Shown: positions 56,017 to 64,000 of the stretch, piece by piece
Layout: each line of letters begins with the position of its first letter
Numbering within the stretch: the first letter of the stretch is position 1
Source of the DNA: Eledone cirrhosa
Lineage: Eukaryota
Length of the DNA stretch: 64,000 nucleotides
Direction: 5' to 3'
NCBI GenBank assembly: GCA_964016885.1
Contig: OZ024760.1
Location: 4,836,001 to 4,900,000, forward strand
The notes under the pieces: generated by a model
Seen by the model: only the letters and a program-made list of their open reading frames with translations
Databases searched by the model: none
Told to the model about the DNA's origin: nothing
Program-made: the position numbers and the translations under genes

Positions 56017-56216
56017 GTAGGCGCCACGGAAAAAAGCACCCAGCACTCACTGTAAATGAGGTTGGTGTTAGGAAGGGCATCCAGCTGTAGAAATCAAGCC
56101 AGAATCAGTTCCTGTATGAGCAAGGCATGGTCAGCCGACTGGACACTGTCCACAACAGGACAACCCGTCTAACCCATGCTAGCGTGGAAGAACAAACGTA
56201 AAACAGTGATAATGAT
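56017..56216 (+). mobile_element. 3' UTR fragment of C-type RTE LINE
   Basis: Reverse complement of ~44880-45072. Confidence 0.85.
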
Positions 56217-56361
56217 ATACACTTCCCATATTATGTATCCTATAAATGTTCTTTGACAAACTTCTGATATTATATTTGTATTTTACCTTTACTATATACT
56301 CCGATGATTCCAATCGTCAGTGATTAAATGTTCTAAAACAGTCTTTGATTGTTGTTTATAA

Positions 56362-56402
<41 letters not shown>

Positions 56403-56596
56403 TTAGGTTTGTTTGTTCACCACTGGATAGAATTGGTCATTCTGTATGGTGAAGCTCGATGTAATATTATGGAGAGTTCTCAACGTAATGCAGCTGACCT
56501 GTCTTCGTTTGTGTAGTTGGTGGTGCGAGTACGGAGTTAATTATTATAATTACATAACAGGAGACTGGAGTTGTGTAAATCCTTGAAAGGTTTATT

Positions 56597-56654
56597 ATAC
56601 TATGATCATTTCAATGACCGGGTTCCGTATGAATCTGGTGATATCATCAGGTAT
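56597..56654 (-). ncRNA. Type-I hammerhead ribozyme, stem II partly decayed
   Basis: atac CTGATGA ... GAAA tgatca TA gtat; palindromic TGATCA. Confidence 0.68.
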
Positions 56655-56678
56655 TCGAAATATAGAAAACTATCGGGT

Positions 56679-56734
<56 letters not shown>

Positions 56735-57041
56735 ATATAAACTAGTGGACCAGTACTGTCATAGTTTCTGTGGCTGAATGCCCTTCCTAACACCAACCAC
56801 TTTACATGGAATACTGACTGCATTTTTTGTGGCACAAGCATTACTACTTTACAGAGTATACTGAGTGCATTTTAACATACAGAGTGTACAGGGGGAATTT
56901 TATTATGGCACCATCACTACCACTTTACAGAGTGTATTGGGTACATCATGTAATATTTACAGAGTGTATTGGGTACACCATGTAATATTTACTATCATGT
57001 GATTTTCACCACTGTATGATAAATATTTGATATCATTTCAG

Positions 57042-57168
57042 ACAGAAACAGTGCAACAAACATCTGTTCGAAAGCCGATTGGTGGAGTTTCAATATTTGG
57101 TGCGATTGACTTCTCCGAGATTATAAAGAAGAAAAAATTAGATGAAGATGAAATTTTTTCAGAGAACA
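57042..57168 (+). CDS. WASHC2: Internal exon (TETVQQTSVRKPIGGVSIFGAIDFSEIIKKKKLDEDEIFSEN)
   Basis: TTTCAG acceptor, GTAAGT donor; 127 nt, phase 0 to 1; second KPIGGVxIFG motif. Confidence 0.83.
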
Positions 57169-57866
57169 GTAAGTTTTTCATATTTTGTTTACTGTTTTTT
57201 TTTTGTTACTTTTTGTTTCCATCATGCACTCCATCTGTTGTTGTTTAGACCCTGGTCAGCCATGATATAGTGGGTTTATGATCAAAGGTGTTCCATCCAT
57301 GATCATCCCAGCTTATATTTAGATATGGTGTGTGTAACTGTGAAAACAGTGTGGTGAAGAAGTTTGTTCCGCAACCACAATATATATATAGAGAGAGCGA
57401 GAGACAGGTGAAGTAGAGTGTAGATATTATAATAGGGATTCTTTGCCCTATGGTTAAGCTTATACCATTTCAAAATGATATAAGCTTAACCATAAAGCAA
57501 TGAACCCCTACAATGATATATATGTACTTGTGTTTGTGTGTATGTGTTTGTTTATGTCTTGTTCCTGGAGAGGGATGGGCTCCGCCAGGTTTAAAATGCC
57601 CATGAAATGCCGTATGTCAATACAGTACCCTTACGATTCTATTAGGAGTTATGTGACCAAACATACATAAATTATGTCCTGTTACTTAGCAGGTCAACAA
57701 AAAGAGATTATTAACAATAAAGTCTAGACTTGAAAACATTAAATATACTGAAGTCAATATTATTGACTAAATTCCTTCAAGTTGATGCCCCAGCATGTCC
57801 ACTGCCCAATGACTAAAACGAATAAAAGAATCATCTTTTAATTATTTTTTTAATTTTTTTTTATAG

Positions 57867-57943
57867 CTGTTGAAGAAAAGTCCCCAACGACAGCCAAACC
57901 CCCTGATCTTCCTGTCAAACCAAAGAAGACTCTAAAAATCCAG
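57867..57943 (+). CDS. WASHC2: Internal exon (VEEKSPTTAKPPDLPVKPKKTLKIQ)
   Basis: Poly-T + TAG acceptor, CAG|GTAAGC donor; 77 nt, phase 1 to 0, in frame with previous exon. Confidence 0.8.
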
Positions 57944-59309
57944 GTAAGCAACTACATTTTAGAAATATCTTTACTACTCAGCGTTTGCACTGGCCTTCAG
58001 TAAACCCCTGCCTCCTGGCCTTCTTGTCCTTTCATCCTTCAACCCTTTTGATATCAAATAGCCTGAGACTGCCTCTGGTTCCTACAATTAAAAAAAATGT
58101 TTGTTTTAAAATGATTGTCATTATTAGAGTTATGTCCCTTTATGTTCTGATTTCAAATCCTGCCAAGGTTAGCTTTGCCTTTCATCCTTACGAGGTCAAT
58201 AAAATAAAGTACCAGTCATGCACTGGGGTCGATTTAACCCGTTAGCATTTACTCTGTTTACTATTATATTTTCATGGTAAAGATATTGCTTCACATAATA
58301 TCGAATCTATGTGATTTTGATATTATTTATTTTGAGAACAATACCTTAACATCAGTATAAGTGGCTGGTTTGAACACAAGAGGTGAGAGAATTCTGGCCG
58401 GGTACAGCTGGTTTAAATGCTAAAGCATTAAGTTATGTTGCAAACACCAGCTTAATAATTTTTTCTAACATTGACACAAGGTCAGCAATTTAGGGAAAGG
58501 GGGAAATCAGTTATATCAACCCTAGTACTTAACTGGTATTTTATTTAATCGATCCTGGAAGGATGAAAGTGGTTGGTGTTAGGAAGATCATCCAGGGCAA
58601 AAACAGATCAAACAAGCAACACATGATGATGATGATGATAAACTGTTTGAAATAAACAGTTTTGGATCAGACCCAGGGGGAGTTTGGTATCAAAAGGGTT
58701 AAAGAATTGAGTTCCTTGTTAAATCAGGGATTGTCCATTACGTTGTTTAACTAATTATATTTAACAGCCCATAACAACCTCACTTTCCAAAATCCCTGCC
58801 TGCTTTTTGAAACTGCGTTATATTTATTTGTTTTTTTTAAATTTATTTTTTATTGCTTTTTTTTAGTCTGTGTGTGTGTGTGTGTGTGTTTTTTTCTTTT
58901 TTGGGGTTAATTTGTTTTAATTTTTATTTAGGTGTTTTTAGTGGGGGTTAATTAATTAAATTAATTAATTAATTAAATTTTGCTGCAGCAGATTCTAGGT
59001 TTAGATTTTGGATTCCTTCTTTAAAAAAAAACTTCCTTTGGGGGTAAACATGACTGCCACAACATCACATGGCCTGTCATCACTCTCCTCTAGCCCCTAG
59101 GTGGCAAATTGGCAGTGTTGTTAGAGTGTCGGATCAAAATACTTCAGTATTTGTTCCGACTCTCTGAACTCTGAGTACAAATCCTGCTGTGGTCAATTTT
59201 TACTTTCATCATCTCAGAGGTTAATAGATAAAGTACCAGTCCAGGGCCAGTGGAAAAGCAGAATTGTTCAAGAGTCGGATGGGATGTTTTGTGGTTTAAA
59301 TACAACCTC

Positions 59310-59612
59310 CTAGCAGATAATATCAGCAATGGACAGACCAATGGAAACATTACAACCAGCAGATAATATCAGTAATGGAACGACCAATGAAAACATTGTT
59401 TCTTTGGTCTGATCTGATATGTGGCTCTTGTCTTCTGCCAGAAGTTGCAACTGGCAGATAGTATCAGCAATGGAAAAACCAATGGAAACATACTATCTTT
59501 GGTCTGATCTGACAGGTGGCTCTTCTCTTCTTTCAAGAGTTATGACCGGCAGATAGTATCAGCAATGGAAAGACCAATGGAAACTGTTTCCTTGGTTTGA
59601 TCTGACGATTGA
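59310..59612. repeat. Degenerate tandem repeat (GCAGATAGTATCAGCAATGGAAAGACCAATGGAAAC...), ~4 units; one inverse relative at ~29750-29810
   Basis: Direct reading. Confidence 0.75.
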
Positions 59613-60739
59613 CTCCTTCTCTTTAACTTTTTCCTCTAAATAAATAGGTTTTTTTGCTATAAAATCAGGCAAAAGACAGAAAGCTCAAACCACTTTATTG
59701 AACCGGGAATCAAAATCAAAAGCTTATGTCTGTGTTGCATTGTTTTGTTTTGGGGGTGTTTTTTGTTGTTGTTTTTTGTATTGCTTTTAACGATGATGAT
59801 GACATTAATGACTGTTTTGTTTGGATTTTTTTTCAAATGAAAACCTTTTGTTTGTATTCTTGAATTTATGTGATGTGGTGTTGATGCTGTGACAAAACTT
59901 TCAGACAATTTAGGGAGTGTTTTAAAAATGTTAATGTTCTTGTCAACTACTCAGCAGTTGTGATGTTAAAGTACTTGTCTAATGATCACATTTACTCACA
60001 AGATCAAATCCTACAGCTACATTTATTATGGAGTGACCATAGGGAATGTGCATAACTGTTTTGCCTCACTCATACGAGGAAAAGTGAGAAAGAGATATAG
60101 AGGAAGAATCAACTCTAGTACTGAACTGGTACTTTTTTTTTTATATCGACCTCAAAATGGTGAAATACCTTCATTTAAGAACTTGGTTACTTCCACCCCA
60201 TGACACATTAAATATTATGTATGAATCGTCTGTAAAGTATTTCCCAGTCTTTAACACTGTCTCACCGGAGTTCTGTGTTGGTAACCGCATGATCCCCATT
60301 ATTACAACATCACAAAGAATTCATTTATTAATAAAAAATGGCTAAAAGAATAACATAGCCAAAGTATTGGTAATGTTTCTGAGTCTGTTTTCTGTAAGAA
60401 TTAAACGTCAAGAGATTATTTTTTTCCTCCTCTCGGGGGTCAATAACCTAAAATACCATGGGTAATGTGGGGGTCACCTGACAACAAATAGATAAATAGT
60501 TCGTCTTCTCAATTGACTTGTTTGTTTTCTGTCTTAAACCTTTAGCATTTACATTACTCTATATATACTATTGAATCTATAAGATTTTGATATTATTTAT
60601 TTTGAGAACAATACTCTAACATTGGTATGTGTGGCTGTTAATGGCCGGTTTGAACAGAAAGAGTGAGAGAATTCTGGCAGGGTATAACTGGTTTAAATGT
60701 TAAAGGGTTAAATGGGTGTTTATTACGGCCAGCGTTATT

Positions 60740-60890
60740 TACAAGGGGCGTTCAAAAAGTATCCAACATTATTTTTACCTGCCAAAACTAATGCCGCACG
60801 GGCAAAATCCTTTGGGTGGGAGATGACGCTGCCTTTCCTGCACATTTTCACACCGGTAGGCCACGTCAGTTCCTGGCTGTTTCACGTGCT
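60740..60890 (+). mobile_element. mariner-like 5' end fragment
   Basis: TACAAGGGGCGTTCAAAAAGTA TIR-like start; no partner end seen. Confidence 0.5.
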
Positions 60891-61697
60891 GGTGGTGGTG
60901 GTGGTTCGGGGAAAGAGGGTTCTACTCAATCATAACAACAACCAATAAAAGTCAACAAAATCTCTTTAGAAATGTATAATTCTGACAGAAAACTCAACCA
61001 TAACTGTTTGTCTCCTCCCTGCAAGAGATGATAAAACAATACCAATAATGTATTTTGTGTAATTTATTCTATCAACTATGCCCCCTCCCTTACAACAAAA
61101 AACAAAACAAAACAACTGCACCATATACCTTGTTTTAAGACAGTGGTTTCCGACCTCGTTGGACCACAAAAGCAGTACTGGGGGTCAGTGAGCTAGGTTA
61201 AAAATTCTTTCTTCTTCTTCTTCAAAAATGAAGCGATCTTGGTGAGGGCTAAGTCATAAAAACACTCATTCCAGTAGGTTCTGTCAGAAGCAACTGTCTC
61301 CAATTGATTCAGCTGGAACCCCAAGCAAGACCAGCCGACGATGTTATCCAACCATCTTGCTCTGGGTCTCCTGTCAGTCTCCTACCTGGAGTGAGTCTCT
61401 GATCTCCGAGCTACACACTTTATTGAGTAACGTTATACTAAAGACCATTTGGAGGAACCCCATTTTGGCCACTTGTATTCATGATCATATTCTTTCGGTC
61501 CTATGGTTCTTTATACACACATTACTAGGTATTCATTCTTCTTCAAATATTAACATTTTTTTCTTTAGATTATTATCCTTGCTGTAAAACAATCTGAGAG
61601 GAGAGAAATAAATTTTTTGCTGGGGGAGTAGGGTTCCATGAGAAAATTCATATAAATGAAAGTTGGGGAGGGCTATCTGATTTAGAATTGCATCTAG

Positions 61698-61975
61698 CTT
61701 TGAAGTTATGAACTTTTAGAAACGATTTCATGACTTTGAAGTTACAAACTTTTAGAAACGATTTCATGACTTTGAAGTTACAAACTTTTAGAAACGATTT
61801 CATAACTTTGAAGTTATGAACTGTTGGAAACGATTTCATGACTTTGAAGTTATGAACTGCTGGAAACGATTTCATGACTTTGAAGTTATGAACTGCTGGA
61901 AACGATTTCATGACTTTGAAGTTATGAAATGCTGGAAACGATTTCATAACTTTGAAGTTATGAACAGTTGGAAAA
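61698..61975. repeat. 36-bp minisatellite, ~7.5 units in two variant blocks
   Basis: CTTTGAAGTTATGAACTGCTGGAAACGATTTCATGA. Confidence 0.92.
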
Positions 61976-62200
61976 TAGTTCAAACATGTTAGGACGAGTT
62001 ATCTCATCTACGACACTGAAGAGGTTAAATACGCTTATTGCTGCTGCTGCTGTTGCTGCTGCTTCTTGTTAGCGAAGACATTTGGGAACCACTGTCTTAT
62101 ACATTGTTAAGCATGCTTTGATGATTGGCTTCCATTTCTGATTGGCTTTTTTTTCTTTTTTTCATTTTGTTGTTGTTGTTGTTTGTGTATGTAATGACAG

Positions 62201-62236
62201 TCCAATTTAACAGACCAGGTCACCACAGAACCTGAT
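62201..62236 (+). CDS. Candidate 36-nt micro-exon (SNLTDQVTTEPD)
   Basis: Long T/GT-rich tract then GACAG acceptor, GTAAGT donor; phase 0-0 and open in the host gene frame. Confidence 0.45.
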
Positions 62237-62866
62237 GTAAGTAGTACGAACCCTCATATTACTCCTTTTTTACACTCTCTCTCATTCTCTCTCTCCCTTT
62301 CTTTTCCTTCTCTCTCTCTCTCTCTCTCTCTCTCCCTCTCTCTATCTCTCATTTATTTATTTCTCTGTTGTCCCATCATTCTCCAGAGATGGGCCACTTC
62401 ATGTGAAGTCATAAAATATTAAGACCAAGACGCACCCCCTCTCCCCCCCCCTCTCGCTCCAGGCAGATGTTATGACCAGTTCATAAAAAGAAAAGAAATT
62501 ATTGCTCCTAGCTCTTCCTCTACTTAAACGCTCACATATATGTATACACACACACACAGTTATATATATATATATACACGCACACACAATATTATATACC
62601 TATATATATATGAATATATATATATACACATACACACACATTTATGCTCGACCTTAGGGTTTGGGGGGTCTAGTTATGGCCACCGCTGTATAGTAAAGGA
62701 GTTGTTTCAAAACAGGCCTTTCGTTGGGCGCCAGGACAAAATTACGAAATAATCCGTTAGCCTACTGTATTTGGTTTTAATACAATGAAGAGCTCCTTTA
62801 CGTATATACACCTAAATATATTCTATTTCGGTGTTTCCTCTGCTATTACCATGGTATTTTAAATCC

Positions 62867-62901
<35 letters not shown>

Positions 62902-63151
62902 ATATCATCATCGTCGTTTAACGTCCATCTTCCATGTTAGCATGGGTTAGATGGGAGTTGTCCCACTTGAGGCAAGATTGGTTGGGTGACCGTGTCTCTG
63001 GACTATCTGGCAGGTTTTCTACAGCTGGATGCCCTTCCTAACACCAATATATATATATATATATATTGGTGTTAGGAATATATATATATGTGTATGTATA
63101 TATATACTTGTTTTCTTTAGACAACAGAACATATAGTAGTACATGTGAGAA

Positions 63152-63245
63152 TACATATCTGAGGAGCTTCCGATTCCAGAGTCAGGAACGAACATAATTC
63201 AATCGTTCCTCGAGCTTATCGACAGTGAAACATATGTAATATGTA
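63152..63245 (+). ncRNA. Type-I hammerhead ribozyme with long stem II
   Basis: tacatat CTGAGGA gct...agt GAAA catatg TA atatgta; palindromic CATATG. Confidence 0.75.
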
Positions 63246-63709
63246 ATTAAATATGTATATGATGCAACACTGATTCTTTGTACCCTATTTATTATTATTA
63301 TTACCTTTCTTAGAGCAGTGGATTGGCAGTATCGGTAGAGAGTTGGACACCATGGTTTGCAGCATAGTTACGGCCCTTTACGGACTGAGTTCAAAACCCG
63401 CCGAGGTTAACTTGCCTTTCATCCTTACGGGGGTCGATAAAATAAAGTACCAGTAACGTACTGGGGTCGATTTAATCGACTTTCCCCTCCCCCCAAATTA
63501 CTGGCCTTGTGCCTATACTAGAAATCCTGCCGAGGCTAACTGTGCCTTTCATCCTTACAGGGTCGATAAAATAAAGTACCAGTAATGTACTGGGTAATTG
63601 CTGGCTTTGTGCCTAAAGTAGAAACAATTATTATATATATATATTTATATATAGGTATATAATATTGTATATATGTGTGTGTATATATATATATATATAT
63701 ATACACATA

Positions 63710-64000
63710 CATGGTGGTCCCTAAGGAAGCTAGGTATTGAGGAATGGGTTGTGAGGACAGTGCAAGCTTTGTACAGAGGTGCTGTCAGTAAAATGGAGTA
63801 TAGTGAGGAATTCCAGATACAAGTAGGAGTACATCAGGGTTTGGTCCTCAGCCCGCTCTTGTTCATTATAGTTCTCCAAGCCATAACAGAAGAGTTTAAG
63901 ACTGGCTGTCCATGGGAACTTCTCTATGCTGACGATCTGGTTCTTATAGCAGAATCAGTAGAGAAGCTGAAGAATAAATTCTGACTATGGAAACAGCAGT
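63710..64000 (+). mobile_element. RTE RT fragment (B-type), runs off the window
   Basis: WWSLRKLG...GVHQG...ELLYADD; premature stop. Confidence 0.9.

Noticed and set aside
61698-61975. 36-bp repeats resembling a CRISPR array or 12-aa repeat protein
   Set aside because: Head-to-tail units without unique spacers, eukaryotic context, no cas genes or splice support

Overview
AT-rich, microsatellite-saturated animal genomic DNA; the repeat repertoire suggests an octopus or other cephalopod (inference). Eight short + strand exons (31274-57943) splice in frame into a low-complexity protein with repeated LF-acidic motifs, typical of the WASH-complex subunit FAM21/WASHC2 tail; a candidate 36-nt micro-exon lies at 62201. 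The rest is intronic or non-coding. It holds four large RTE-clade LINE copies, one with an intact 1039-aa ORF and a ~505-bp tandem-monomer 5' region. Also present are several tRNA-derived SINE families, piggyBac- and mariner-type MITEs and relics, a non-autonomous Helitron and many simple repeats. The most striking pattern is a set of small, unrelated Penelope-like fragments embedded in (TA)n tracts. They are mostly built as inverted pairs with both 3' ends facing outward, and together carry about nine recognisable minimal type-I hammerhead ribozyme motifs. Most ORFs in the supplied track are microsatellite artefacts. Coordinates were read by eye and repeat ends are approximate.
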